DNA of 64,000 nucleotides from Calcarisporiella thermophila CBS 279.70 (Eukaryota > Fungi > Calcarisporiellomycota): NCBI RefSeq assembly GCF_041956535.1, contig NW_027192193.1, forward strand, positions 42,172 to 106,171, in the 5' to 3' direction. The notes under the pieces are model-generated. The model was not told the DNA's origin. It saw only the letters and a list, made by a program, of their open reading frames with translations, and did no database searches. Positions 50,123 to 63,741 of the stretch are shown piece by piece (position 1 is the stretch's first letter; each line of letters opens with the position of its first letter). Made by a program: the position numbers and the translations under genes.

Positions 50123-51868
50123 CTTAAGGCTGCTGCTCGAGGAGGTCAAGGGGACGAAAGTCGGGAATGAAAAGGCAGAAAAGAATTCAGGGCGAAAACT
50201 TCTCACCCCCTTCGATTATAAAAGGAGAGGAGAAAAACGGTTTCACGAGAAATAAAAAAAATTTCTCACAAGAGTTTAAGTTTCCTGGAAAAAAATCAAA
50301 GTCCAAAAGGTTCCGCGTGGTTTTGTGAAAGGACATTGAAATTGAAGATCTCGGAGAGGAGGTTTGGGCAGTTTTGGCAAAAGCAAATGAGAGGCTCAAT
50401 TTCTTAATTAGGGCGAAGGATACACATTTACAAAGCATTGCGGAGATTATTTCCTCAACCGTGTTCATATGGCCTCTCACATGGTTTAAGCACAGACGCT
50501 AACGCCTTTGTAGAACCATATGGCAAGGCTGGGCCTGCTTCGTCATTATTGTGCACCTATGATGCTAATGGAGGACCAGCCAGCTCGATAGGGAGATGAG
50601 GTGTTCCCTGTTACCGTCGCCGCTCTTGCCTCGATAACCATTTTGCTTTGGCTTCCCTCCTAGAGGGGATTGCATTGTCCATGACTGCAACCGTGTGGAA
50701 AAAACTCAGTCGTAGCATTAATAACAATGCGACGACGTAAGCGCCGAATCCACCAATTAACCTTAACCCCACTCTCGCCTTCCTCCTCCTTCCTCAGCCA
50801 TTTCCCCACTTATGCAATGCTCATTACACGTTACCTTTTGTTTTTTTTCTGCTCTCTCCTGCACCCTCAAGCCCGTCGCTGCGCCCGTTTGCTAGGGGAT
50901 GTTCTAGTCTTGTCTTCTGCTCCTAAAGAGCCCCTTTCGACTCCGTGTGAATTGCTGTCGATATCAAAAGAACCCTAAAATCGAGGAAAAACCTTACTCC
51001 AATTCTCCCCCGAAAAGAGCCTCTCGCTCACTTCCCCCATTAGTGTTCAATTAAAAGGTTCAATGCGTCTAAATTGTCCAATGATCACAGGTTAGGTTAT
51101 CCTCAAATGCCACAGCCGCTTCCGCATTGTCCGGTGTTGACTCCCACTGGCTGGCATTGCAATATCTGGCTATCCCCAATTCTCTTTCCCTTTGTTCCCG
51201 GCACTTGCCACAGATAATTAGGTCACTCTCCCCTTTCACACCCTCCGTCTCTCCTCCCCAGGCTGACCGAAAATCCAATCATACCATATCCTATCATACC
51301 GCTTTGATTGTCTATGACGAATTCACACCCAATGGTCAATAAAGAGCGGCCTTTTGTGAAGCTACAAGAAGCACATTTTTTCATATCTCACGAGCTATCT
51401 TTCCTCCTTTGTGCACTACCGAGTACCCGTGGCTAAGCGGGCGAGTAGGCCAACAGGGTCGACTCCGTTCTAAGGCAACAGTACAACAGAGATTAGCACT
51501 TATTGCGAATCTCGAGGTATCAAAAAAGGTGAGAAAAGTGAGCTACACAGATATATTAGATTTTGATAGTCAACTTCCGCAAAGTCGCCCACTAAATATG
51601 TGGGAGGAAAATGCAATGGAAGCGCAATCTTGGATAAATTTAGTATCCGACTTATTGCGTTTTTTCACTTTACTTTGAGGGGACATCTCCTCAGTTAGAT
51701 ACCACTGCCAAATATCATTCTTTACATCAAATATATTTTCAAAATAAAAACATATGGGGGCGGTGGATTTATGTGACAGTGTTAGAAAAGAGGTTGATAT
51801 GACGTGGAAGGGTTCTGTACACGCAAAAGAAGACAATAAATAACGTTAGAAGGGGAAAAGTAGGATGT

Positions 51869-52972
51869 TCATTGCTGTTGAAGCAAGTGTGCGGGGGGCT
51901 TTAGCAAATGGTTGGATCGAGGTCCGCGTCCAATGGTCATCGCCCTCATGACAACGGCCTTCTCCACCCGATTGTGGAAAGGGTTTGAATCAAGGCCGGT
52001 GGCTGAGTTAGCAACCAGTTGACGGTGATGACGGTAGACCTGGCGCGATTTGTAGCGCTCATAGGTGCCTAGCAGAACCACCGTTGTACCGACGAAAAGC
52101 ACGCTGCCTGTAATGATAAGGCCAAAGGGGAAAATGGCAAATGGGCCGTAGTTTGGTCGAACTGGTGCGGCACTAGTTTGAGCGGCTTGCTCCGCGGCAA
52201 GAGTGGGAGATCCACTCTCGTCGCTTTGTTGATCAGCCGAGACGGCTGTTGGAGATACCGGCGCCGAGGGCGCACTAGCTTGTGTCCCGTATTCGCTCAC
52301 AATTACTGGGCTTGCTTGGAGCTCACCCGCCGACACAAAGGAAGGCGATGCTACAGACTGTACGCTGGATAGCGTGGCAGAGGCAGGTAGGGTATCAACA
52401 GAAGTTGGTGTAGCTGTAGATAAGGTGGAAGTAGGAGAAGCGCTAGCATCATTCTCATCTTTGGCAGCAGTGGCCCGCGTGTCCTCCTCCTTAGTGGCAG
52501 AGGATGTGACGTCCATCATCTTCTTGGGGGACATTTCCTTGTCTGACTTGCTCATTTTATGATCTTTGGGCTGCTTTTTCTTCTTATCATGATGTTTAGA
52601 CTTCGATGATGAATGTTTGCCTCCGTGCTTCTTCTTGTGCATCTTCTCCTTTTTCTGTTTATGCTTCCCTTTTTCCTTTTTCGCTTTGACATGCTTCATA
52701 TCATCCTCTTTCCCCTTATTCGTTTTGTGCTTACTTTTCCGCCGTTTATCTCCCATCTCATCGCCATGCTTCGACCGCTTTTCAATGGCCATCGGAAGAG
52801 TGGGCAAGGAATCCACGCTAGCGGGGGAAATTTGGCCTAGATCAACAATCACCTCCATCCGTTCGAGACCAGCTCGTTTTCTGGTTATTGGCGCAGCATG
52901 TGTTCCGGAGAGGAACACAAGGAGCAAACTGAAGGAGAGAAACAGAGAATAGTGAAAGGGGGACATTTTCAT
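51869..52972 (-). CDS. Hypothetical type I membrane protein (signal peptide, K/H-rich and S/T-rich ectodomain, one TM helix)
   Basis: Uninterrupted ~367-aa ORF; hydrophobic N-terminus; TM FAIFPFGLIITGSVLFVGTTVVLLG. Confidence 0.7.
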   Translation of the reverse strand: MKMSPFHYSLFLSFSLLLVFLSGTHAAPITRKRAGLERMEVIVDLGQISPASVDSLPTLPMAIEKRSKHGDEMGDKRRKSKHKTNKGKEDDMKHVKAKKEKGKHKQKKEKMHKKKHGGKHSSSKSKHHDKKKKQPKDHKMSKSDKEMSPKKMMDVTSSATKEEDTRATAAKDENDASASPTSTLSTATPTSVDTLPASATLSSVQSVASPSFVSAGELQASPVIVSEYGTQASAPSAPVSPTAVSADQQSDESGSPTLAAEQAAQTSAAPVRPNYGPFAIFPFGLIITGSVLFVGTTVVLLGTYERYKSRQVYRHHRQLVANSATGLDSNPFHNRVEKAVVMRAMTIGRGPRSNHLLKPPAHLLQQQ

Positions 52973-53986
52973 CAAGAAAGATGGGGGACACGTAGAGAAG
53001 GATAATGAATGAGGGGGTTGTACCGGACAACGAAAACAAATAAACTGCCCAAGATTCTTATCAAAAGAAAGTGTTCTCAGGGAGGTATGGCCCAGCCAAA
53101 ATCAAGGATGATATATGTAAAGATTGGGATCCAGTGCCAGCTGGCAAGAGAGAGAGTATTTAGCGTAGGAGAAGGAGAAAGAAGCCGCGCTGGTAACTTG
53201 CTTAAATGATGCTAGAATTCACGGGTTCCAATTAAATTGTTTCATGACACAAACTCCCATTGGCCACGCACTCTCCCTCTAATTTCTCGGAACGAATATT
53301 ATTACCCAGGCTAGAGTTCAAACCCCCAAGTTTAGGCTCCGGCATCGATACTCCAATGGGTGGCTTACGCTGGAGAAAGGCTCAAAAAGAGCCCATCAAC
53401 AGCACGCTCCCAGCAGCTCAACCCGAAGTATTCTGTGAAGGCGCCAGAGCCCATGGCCTCTCACGGTCTGGATAGGAGTGACTCGCGGCGTAGCCTCGAG
53501 CGCACTCATCCTAACACAATCGAGCTTGCACGTGCGGGGCTGTCTTAATTAAAGCAATCTTAGCTGACAGGTTATGATCGAAATGAAGCGCCGGATTGGT
53601 CGACGCCTCCGTTGCCATATATCGACGAGTGTATTTTCTGGTTCAAAGAATCAGCAGGCTTTCCTCTAGCCCCCAACACACCCTCAATATAAGTGACTGC
53701 GCACTGCTATTATTGCATTTCAATAGCAAGCTCATCATATGGCCAAGAGTCAAGAAATAAACGTGCTCTTCTCCTAACGCAAAGAAGCCACTCTCGATCA
53801 TCCTCAAAAAGGCATAGGTGCACGCAATTGCAGACCCTTCTCGTCTCCAATCGCTAGAATTTCCAATGTTTTTTTTATTGAATTGTTTTGTACAAGCCGA
53901 AATAGATGTAGCCTCATGTATGTGAAAGATAGATAGATACAGCGGGTGCATACGCTGTATTTCTACAAACCCATCCTCGATGAAGC

Positions 53987-54816
53987 TCAGTTTCCGATGG
54001 CCCAGACCTCGAGCTCCATACACTCGAAATCCTTACTACCGGACAATACCTCATTATCGAAGGTTGGACACGGCTCACTGTGACCTCGGTCAAGTCCAGC
54101 GTTGATCCACAAGCCAAACTTGCCGTCGCTACAAACACACACAATAGGTAGCACTCAGGTTAGGAGGGAGAGTCAATAGGGAAACAGGGGTTCAATAGCT
54201 ACCCGCCGCCAAGCGCAATAAAATTGGGCTCGCTCAGGATCATGTACTCGTTTTTCCCTGTCCATGGGTAAATTTTGACCACACCTGCTTGTTTGGTCGA
54301 CTCCTGCTCATATTTCCACAGAAAGCTGTTTCACGGGGAAAGGCGACGTCAATTATTTTTCCACAAAAGCGGGTCCTAAATAGTTCAAGTATTGTTTGCT
54401 ATTCATCTTACCATTCCCCTGTGCCGTAGTAGCTCGTTTTCATTTTGAATCCTTCATTGACAAATGCCCCGAAGATCATATCGTCTGCATCACGAATGAC
54501 CAGAACGCAAGGGCCTTTTCCTCGAGCACGGTAGTAAAGCGTTGCCATACTAATACCATGCTGGTCAAGGCTATAGAGGAGGCTCCATTTCGATGAGAGG
54601 CGGAAGCGGCGTGGGAGATGTTTGCGTATCTGGAGAGAAAAAAAAATGAATGCCGATTAAGCAATTCCAGTCCTCCTTAGCTCATACAAAGCCATTTGGG
54701 AAATCTACCTGCTCTGCAATGGTTATATCAAGAATACCTTTTGTGTCCGGTCGCCGATCGGTGAGCGACAAGTGTGGGAGATTGTCTACATGATGCTGCG
54801 GCGGTAATGAAGTCAT
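53987..54816 (-). CDS. OXR1: TLDc-domain protein (Oxr1-like), 4 exons, not in the ORF track
   Basis: Spliced translation MTSLPPQ...IRKHLPRRF..WSLLYSLDQHGISMATLY...IFGAF..YYGTGEC|FLWK..YPWTGKNEY..IALGGG|DGKFGLWIN..GHSEPCPTFDNEVLS..FECMELEVWAIGN*. Confidence 0.9.
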
Positions 54817-56133
54817 AATAGCAGTCAATATATAATTTTATATAAAAATTGGCAAACGAAGCTAGGATGTAGAAGGAATAATGGGTGTAAGAGAGGTGCG
54901 TTCAAGTATTATAGGCAGGCAAGATTAGGGGGATGAAAGGACGAAAACAAGCAATGGAGAGAGAGCCTATGGGTTGGAATATCCAATGGCGAGCTTTTCT
55001 GACAGAGCAATGAAAGCCGCTCTTTTCAAATTCTCGAGAATAAATATACAGTATACTAAATTCAAACTGGAAACAATTACTCAAAGCTAATCCACGTCTC
55101 CTTTGGCACATACAACATAACCGGACGTGGAAATGAAAATAGAAGTGGTCAAGCGTCTTTAGGTGTCTTCAAAAAAACCTTGGCTGCGAATTTTGCGGTT
55201 TTCTAATTTCGTGTTCAAATAGTTCTGCCACGGGGACTCCATTCGCAATGGCCTCGAAGTTAATATCGACATTTCAGGAGGATGGGATTTTTTACAAAGC
55301 ACACTCTTCGAATTGAACGGAAATACTCACAACTTGGTAGCAATACCAAAAACATACTCTGGATATTTCCGTTCCCTATATCATTACCATTGCAGAAGAA
55401 AGAGTTCATTATGAAATAGTAGATTATGATCGTGATATCATTTAGTTTGGTTGAATTATATGACATTCTGTTTGTATGATTGTGCATCCATTCATTGCCT
55501 TAATACAGCACAAATAATGGTCAAACATTATTATTGATGCGCTTACCTCAATGATATGAATTAGTGTTTGCATAGGAATGCAGAAAGCGAGCGACTCAAT
55601 CGTTGAATATACATTTATACGATTAAAGAATTGAGCAAAACTGGAAAGGAGTGGCCAGTGGTCTCAACACCTTTCAAACTTGAAGGAAATGGTGACGAGA
55701 AATCATACCATGCTTTAGTAAATTAGGATATTTGCCTAGCGTCTTACTACAAGAGGGTATTTGCCATACATATCACTATTTTACTTCTCCGATTCTATAG
55801 TAAAATGCTTGTGAGTCGCTAAAAAAAGATTTGGATTGGGCTAAGGTCTCGGGTCCCTAATACTATGGGGATCCTGTGATTATGAGGCCTGTTTTCAGCT
55901 CCACTCTTAGTTCTTATTTTAATACGAGTTTTACATCATTCTGTAGTAAATTTTTAGCCAGGTTGGCTTTTTTATATCATCATTATCTAAGATCCAAGAT
56001 GCTAACTAAACTATTGTTCAAATTGTTTTAGATGATTTTATGCATGGACGATCTCGCGGGTAGACGAGAAATCATCTTGAAACCCACTATTGTGTCTTTG
56101 TATTGTTCTTGCATATAACGGTTCATCTTATAT

Positions 56134-56365
56134 TCCTACAAAAAATCCGCCTGATGAAAACAACTAGATTACATATAGGAGCATGTAGAAAGGATGGAGA
56201 ACGTTTGCGATTCCTCATAAATTGTAAACCCCTCTCCTATTATAAAAATCGTGAAAAATATGTGAAGAGTTTACAAAAATTTAGAGAATCGCAAATATTC
56301 TCCATCCTTTCTACATGCTTCTATATGTAATCTAGTTGTTTTCATCAGGCGGGTTTTTTGTAGGG
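56134..56365. mobile_element. MITE copy 2 (CACTA-like TIRs)
   Basis: TCCTACAAAAAATCCGCC...GGCGGGTTTTTTGTAGGG long TIRs; interior homologous to 17711-17960. Confidence 0.85.
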
Positions 56366-57162
56366 TACACCTAATTCGCCCGTCTTCTTTCTGCAAATTT
56401 TAGATTTAAATGTGTGGTCAATGGGAGGCCTCTATAAATCAGATGGCTTGAGTCCCTTACCAAAACAGAATAAACAGGATGAATTTGAGCAATTTTAAGT
56501 GTGCTATAATAATATTCAGACTGTTGTTGAGATATTTCTCTCCTTCGTTGCTCTACTTCGTCTCAAGAACCCCGCACCGCCTCACCTTCTTGTAACTTGA
56601 CATAATCCTTCAGACCTCTGATCGCCCTAGCTCCACCAGGGATTTCCATCCACATTGAGTTCTTGGAGCTATCTTAGTTGGTTTTTCGGCGCGAATTTAC
56701 CCTGGCTATATCCCGATCCTTTTTTCCTCTGGATGCTGATCTTGACCTTGCCGGATTGCTCCACGATTATATAAATAGACCTGGCCGCTGTCATAGGAGA
56801 AGTCTTTGAAGCACTCGCCAATTTTTTTTCCCGGGTTTAACTGTCTGTGTCCTCTCTAGGTGGGCATTTGGGCATTTGGGCATTTGGCTGTCCCCGTTTT
56901 TATTTTATTTCCCAGCATTGTCAAATCCGCAATTCTGTGGGTATCCAATTGGAGGCGAGCAATCAGGGAAATTGGCTCGCCAAGGTCCATGTGGGGAGAG
57001 GAAAATTAAATAAAACAAAAAAGAGGGTTTATCACAGGCAGTATAAAACCGATGAATAATGTCATATTTTCAATCACGGCTTAAGATTGAGTTTCCCTGC
57101 CGTTCGCCGAGCTCTCAGTTCTCTCTTTTGCCATGACAAGAATAGGCGACTAACGGCTCACG

Positions 57163-58419
57163 ATGAACCCCCCACAACCCCCCGACCCTACCCGCTCTCG
57201 CCCACCCTCTCCTCCTGCGCAGCAGCCATATTCACACCCACATTCCCTTCAGCATCAGCATCAGCATCAGCATCAGCATCAGCATCAACATTCTCAGCAA
57301 ATTCATTCACAGCATTCCCAATCTCATTCCGTAGTTTCTCAGCATTCTCAGCATTCCCAGCCCTCTCAACATTTGTATCATAAGCAAGATTCGATAAATC
57401 CTATGCCTTTTCGACTCCCTCCCATTTCTTCTCTTCCCATTCCTCCTTTAGCTTCTTTGGCCGCATCCACATCTTTTCTTGGGAGCACCCATTCCTCTGA
57501 CTCTCCTGACGTTGTTAGCAAAGAAGGAAAAAAATTAAGAAGGTACAGCGGCGAAAGGTAATTAATCCCTTGTATGAATTATCTATACTGAGGCAAGATT
57601 AATTGTGGCTAAATGCTTCTCCTAGGACCTTTGAGTTAATCGTGCGACAGCAGCCTCTCCATGCACGCATGTGCGGTTTTGGAGAGAAAGATCGGCGGCC
57701 TATCGATCCGCCGCCTATCATCCAACTAATCATCTACAATAAAGGGGCATTAGATAATAGGTTGAGTATGAACGATTATTTCTCGTCCTGATCGTTGTCA
57801 AACTTATCTATCTAATCTACGCTATAGAATGATTCGCAGCCCCTTCTTCGTCATGCATGCGACTCTATGGTCCGAGGACAAGCGCGAGGAATGTAATTTT
57901 CTTCCGGATGCGCCGAATACACGCATTCTCATGGGTACGCTGGTCGCCTCGCCTAACCTTCTGCGCGATCCAAGTGGTGAGCAAGGGTGCTTTTTCGTTT
58001 TCCCAGACCTTTCGATCCGGGTGGAAGGGCGATTCCGGATGAAATTTTCTCTGATGCAGATAGGAGGGTGAGACTGAATAAAGAGGACTCGATGTACCTC
58101 CTTGTTAGCTAAATTTGAGCCCGGATATATAGGGAAGAACTCGCAGAAGGCAACACCCGAATCGTTGCACACGTGTTCTCGGATGTGTTCACAGTTTATT
58201 CGGCGAAGAAATTCCCAGGCATGACAGGTTGGTTCCCTTCTCTCGGTTTGATTTCATATTTCAATATAAAAAGAGCTAAAAAAACACCCAAAACACCCCT
58301 CCTTTGCATAATGTTGTTGAATCTGAACATTCATAGAATCGACGGAGCTTTCCAAAGTTTTTGCAAGACAAGGGCTGCGCATTCCGATCCGCAACGATAT
58401 CCGCCAAAAGAAGTTATGA
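57163..58419 (+). CDS. Velvet-domain transcription factor, multi-exon
   Basis: LIVRQQPLHARMCGFGEKDRRPIDPPPIIQL, FFVFPDLSIRVEGRFRMKFSL, FTVYSAKKFPGM, STELSKVFARQG. Confidence 0.92.
57250..57288 (+). repeat. (CAGCAT)n coding microsatellite (QH repeat)
   Basis: About 6 tandem CAGCAT units. Confidence 0.85.
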
Positions 58420-59476
58420 AGAGGGATCACATGTGACTTTTTACCTTAGCTTAGCAATAAAGGACGCTTTCTAAGTACTAAATCGTCTCGTGCAAACTCC
58501 CGGAGTGCGGCTGTAAATCTTCACTCTTCATGACTGCACACCGTCCGATCCTTCCCATCCCTCCATTTCTAACTTTGTTCTTTAGGTTAATCTAGCTTGT
58601 TGGAAATAATAATAACTTTTCGTCCTTCACTGTGAGAAAATTTCAGACATGCTCTGCATTTGGTTAAGGACAAAAACGTGTTTACTTCACTTTTCTCTTA
58701 AAATTGGTTGAAAGGACGCCTTCACTTTAAGACTGGGCATCTCTTTAGTTCTCGTCAGATGCCATGGCCGAATAACCAGGCTTCCAGCCGGTTTATATTA
58801 GTTCAAAATCACGAAAAACTCGTTCACTTGCAAGAAAGTTTGGTTTGATCCTAATCAACTTTAACCTTAAATTTGTGTATTCATGGTGGATGAGAATACA
58901 CTGGCCATTACTTTACTAATTCCTTACACTTGAATAACTTAAGGTGGCACGCACTAAAAAAGTTTCACGAATAATGATATGCTTTGCTTTTGCAAAAATG
59001 CCCAACCAAATTGTCGGATATTCTGAGCTAGAGATGTAGATTTTGAATCAGCTTATAGAGGTCAAATCTAGACATGCAAATACACAGAGGTAGAAAGCAA
59101 AACCGATCGCCATTCCGTTCATCCTGAGCAGTGTCAGTACTTCGTGTGCTGTTGCTTCCCTAAGGCAACTCGCCTTTCCATACTGAAAATAGTCAATTTG
59201 CCACCAAAACTGCGCCACTTGACCCGTTATAGATATTGTTTACTTATTGATATTAGGAAAAAAGTTATAAGCCGATGCTGCTGACCAGAAAATATCAGCA
59301 TAGATAAAGCAAAGAGAGGGAAAGGATAACAAAAAAAAAAAGAGAAAAAAATATCTACTAAAGTTGCATGCGTAATACATACTAAAGACAAATCAGTAAT
59401 AAAAAATTCTCCAAAGATTAAATATGGAGAGAGGCAAACTAAATATAGCATTATTCGTCGCTCTTCTAGATAACAA

Positions 59477-60704
59477 TTAATGACTGAAATACGGATGTTT
59501 AGCGGCCTATAGGGTGAAGCAAGTGCCAAGGAAAAAAAAAGTGAGATTGAGCAGGAAAAGAAGGGTGAAAGAGAAGAAGTCACTTACCCGTTTGGCAGAG
59601 ATGCGACGAGCAGGGTCGTAGACGAACATTTGAGCCAGCAAGTCAAGTCCCTCCTCGTCCAGAGTGGGGATGATCTTGTTGAGCGGTTGCGGCTGCCATG
59701 ATGGGAAAGTCGCCTTGTAATCTGGTAATTGAGAAACGCCCGGCCACATCTTCTCATTGGGTGTCCCAAGAGCTCTATGAAATGCAATCAGGGTTAGCCT
59801 ATGGTGGTCTCAGAGTGAATCTAGTGGAGAGGTAACCTGAAGATCCTAAACAACTCATCGATCTCCGAGTCACCGGGGAATAGGGGACGGCGGATGACCA
59901 TCTCTGCAAAGATACAGGCTACACTCCACATATCCACGCCGGTTGAGTAATGCCGTGAGCCTAGCAAGATTTCGGGAGCCCGGTACCACAGCGTCACCAC
60001 CTCGTGAGTGTAGGTGCGCATTGGAATACCGAATGCCCGTGCCAATCCCAAGTCGGCAATGGTGAGCTTGCCAGTCTTGTTGATAAGCAGATTTCCTGGT
60101 TTGAGGTCACGGTGAAGGATACGATGGGCATGACAGTACGCAACTCCCTGCACGAGTTGGGACATATAGCTCTAGGTGTGGCATAGGACGGTTATAAAGC
60201 AGCTCTGTCTTCATCACTATGGAAAAACTCACTTTAATATGTTTTGCCGTCAATCCATCGGCCCCTGCTGTCTCCATGTAGTTTTTCAAATCCTAGTAAC
60301 AGTAAATAACACCTCAAGATCTGAAAATGTCGACACATTGTAAATATAAAAATAACTTACCATGTCGAGGAATTCAAATACGAGGTAAAGTTTTGTGTCA
60401 TTGTGAACAATATCCAACAGTCTAACATATATGGAGGGGGGAAGAGGATGGATTAGGTATGTGAGACATAAATAGATCGAGCACACGATCCATCTTGAAT
60501 CAACACTTACTTGACCACATTCTCATGCTTGAGCTCTTTCAACAAGCTGATTTCGCGAATGGCAGTCGATGGAACTCCCTCGTCCTCCGCCTCCAACCTA
60601 ATCTTCTTCAATGCCACAATAGCACCCGTTGTTTTGTTTTTTGCCTTATATACCACACCATAAGTTCCCTCTCCAATCTTTTCCATTTTCTCGTAGGCGT
60701 CCAT
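59477..60704 (-). CDS. CDK1: Cyclin-dependent kinase 1 (Cdc2/Cdc28), multi-exon
   Basis: [53 protein letters not shown], last exon AAKHPYFSH*. Confidence 0.93.
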
Positions 60705-61254
60705 GATTGGTTGCTATTGTTCTAACTAAAGGATTTAACTGGAAGAAGGAAAAAGAGGAAGAAATGGGCTAATGAAATCGAAGGGATGATTAAGAAATAA
60801 AACGCGTTAATTGCGAGTTTTTGATTGATTTTTTTTCTAAATTAATGTATATATATAAAATGTAAATGTGAAGAAATAGAGCTTGGGTAGAAATTCTCTC
60901 ACAATTGCCTGTAGTATTTGATGGGAACTAAAACAAATATCAAAAACAACAGCGACAACAAGTGAGGGGAACTTCAGCTAAATTTTGAAAAGAGAAAAAA
61001 AAAGAAATCAGGATAAAGTCGCGTTCGAACTAAAAAGAATAGGAAAAATGTTTCAACACTATTTGTCCTTCAGAAATTTTCCAATTCGAGTAGGAAAAGA
61101 TCAACATTCGTGCATTATTAGATCCTACTTGTGTCTAATAAACAATTTATTCAGTATCTACAATGGTGGAAAAAAGAGGCGTGCGCGAAATAAAAACGAA
61201 TAACAAATAGGCTTTATAAACAGTTGACGAGCAGATGCAAGGTGTGTAGCAATT

Positions 61255-63280
61255 TTAATATTCGCCCCAGTTCACTCTCCCGCTTCGCCCTTCAAGACCT
61301 TCTGATATCAATACATTGTTTTTGTTGGACTGATGCACAAAGTATAGGAAGAATCCGCTTGCGATGCCCGACAATAGATAGATCACGTCGAACCATCTGT
61401 GGTAAAAGTTGAATTCGAGAGCGCCAAGGGCTTTCGACACGGATAATCTAACCAATATAGACAAGGTTAAGTATGAAGGGTCAGAAGAGAGAAAACAAAA
61501 TCAAGAGGGGCTCAAATAACCTATACTCAGGAGGCAAATTCATGCGCATCAACAGCACAGTACTCAGAAAGTACATCCCCATTATCTGCGCGAGAAATAG
61601 CACAACATTGCTCGGGGAGATGCTGCTTGAGAATGCCTTGAAGAACTACGGAAGGAATGGGTTGGTGTTCGGATCATATAGTATACAAATCCAACAACTT
61701 TGCTAGGTACACACCTTCATTAGCTGAATGAGCAATCCTCGGATCGAGCAAAGAATAATGATTCCAACAAAGAAGAAGCTAAGTTGTTGTGACCAAAATT
61801 GCACATCCATGTCTACATTCATATGATTAATGAGAAGAGTGAGCGCATTGGTGATGGGATCAGTGGATCCAATGCGGTTGAAGATAATGTTGGTGGCGGC
61901 CTATATCAAAACAAGACATTTAGAGACGGAAACGTGGTTAGGCCATCACCGAATGCCCAGCAGGCTTGTTGAACTCACAATGACTAGTTTGTAGACACAG
62001 TAGATGGAAAAAATGTAACCCAATATGTTAAAGTATTTCCCCCTCCAAGTCCGTGCAATAATCAATTTTTCCTAGACAAAAAACCGCTGAGAAATAAAGC
62101 AAGCGGAAGAGTTGAAACAGAAGCTCTTACTCTTTCCATGTAGAGGTCATCGATGTCTGAGAATAACTGACGACTGAGTGATTCAAGTATTTGGACCTCT
62201 TCCTTTAGGGAACTAAGGCCTATTAAGAAATGTACGCGTGAGGAAATATACGATGTAGATTCGAAAATAAATGCCCTACTCTCTCCGCTAGTTCCCATTC
62301 CGACGCTGCTAAATACACGACGCATTATTCCACCCATCCTAGAATGCTAATAGAAAAGGAGAGATGAGCTCTTATCGATTATCGAGCATATATTGACAAT
62401 CGAGTATAATTACCTCGGTGGAGGCTTTATATCGCATTTCAGCCAAGGCAATTCGCTTTTTTTTCGCAGTGATCATGTCCATTATTCTTACGTACTTCCT
62501 CTCAGCACTCTGGATATCCGCTCCGCTTACCGGCCTCAAAAAGAGGAAGAGCATTGTGTAAGGGCTGTTCACTGAACCGAACCCGGAAAGGACTGCCATG
62601 AGAGTCACCCCAAGTACTCCCACCCGACTAAGCCCGAATTCATTAAATCCTACCGTTTTTGAGAAATGGATTTGCTCGTGGACACAACTCTGAATTTACG
62701 TCTACTATTACTTACCAGCACTAGTCTCTGTCGACATAATTGGGAAATGAGCACCAACTTTCCAAAACAAATAGAAATACACAGCCCATATAAGTGGGGA
62801 AAATAGTAAAGCATTTCTTCGCAAGAATCCTAGAATGTGGAGTGTATTCAGTATCACATGATCGAAATTTCATCACCGTGTATTAATATAATTACCCTCC
62901 TGCGCTTGGCTTAAAAATAGATAACATTGATAGAAAGGTATAAGAATGATTACGTGGAATAACAAGACAGAGAGTGCTAGTTTCCAGTGGAACCATCTCG
63001 CGCTGTATAATCTTTAGCAATGGCCGCGGAAAAATAGAGAGCTTTAAAGGACTTACCCAATAGATAAAATATTAAGAATTTCCATGATAATGAGTTCGAA
63101 TAGTGTGCAGCTGCAGCTGAATGTGAGCGCAAATACCAACTGTACGCCGCGGCGGTCAGAAGGCGCCTCATAGTCTTGGAAAAGTTTTTGTACGAGAAAG
63201 ATCCACCCTACCGCGAAAAAGAGTGCCTGGGAAAAGAAGAGCAAAATACTGTCGAAAAAAATATTCGACATTGATTTCAT
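61255..63280 (-). CDS. GPR89: Golgi pH regulator / GPR89 (GTG/ABA-GPCR-like), multi-exon
   Basis: [61 protein letters not shown]. Confidence 0.92.
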
Positions 63281-63741
63281 TCGTTAAGCAGGTAAGTAGG
63301 ATGCGGCTAAATGATCGCGAAAGAGTCTAATAAGATAACTCCTCTTTCTCCGAATTGAACCATGGCTAATAAGTCGTAAAATAGAATACCACGAGAAAGT
63401 CGTAATGACAAGCCACATTTGAGTCTTCGATTCACTCATTCAAAGACTTCAAAAGGAAATTTCCAGTCTTTAATAATGAATTGACTACACCCTCGCTCCA
63501 AGAGAATCAAAGGGAACAGAGAGAAACCGCAACCAAAGACTTTATCCTCCTAACCGTTTTTGAATGTGTCCAAAATTAATTAATATTTATATTTATATAT
63601 TTATTTTTATATTTTATTCCGAGAAAAAGTGCATAATACAATGTATACACAACCTATAAACAGTTTAGGATTTTACAATAAAGGAGAGAAAAGAAACAAT
63701 TATGATAAACATTTTTAGGAGAAATTAAAGTCGAGGATTAA

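Noticed and set aside
56861-56888. (TGGGCATT)x3 tandem upstream of velvet
   Set aside because: Short simple repeat with no evidence of function.
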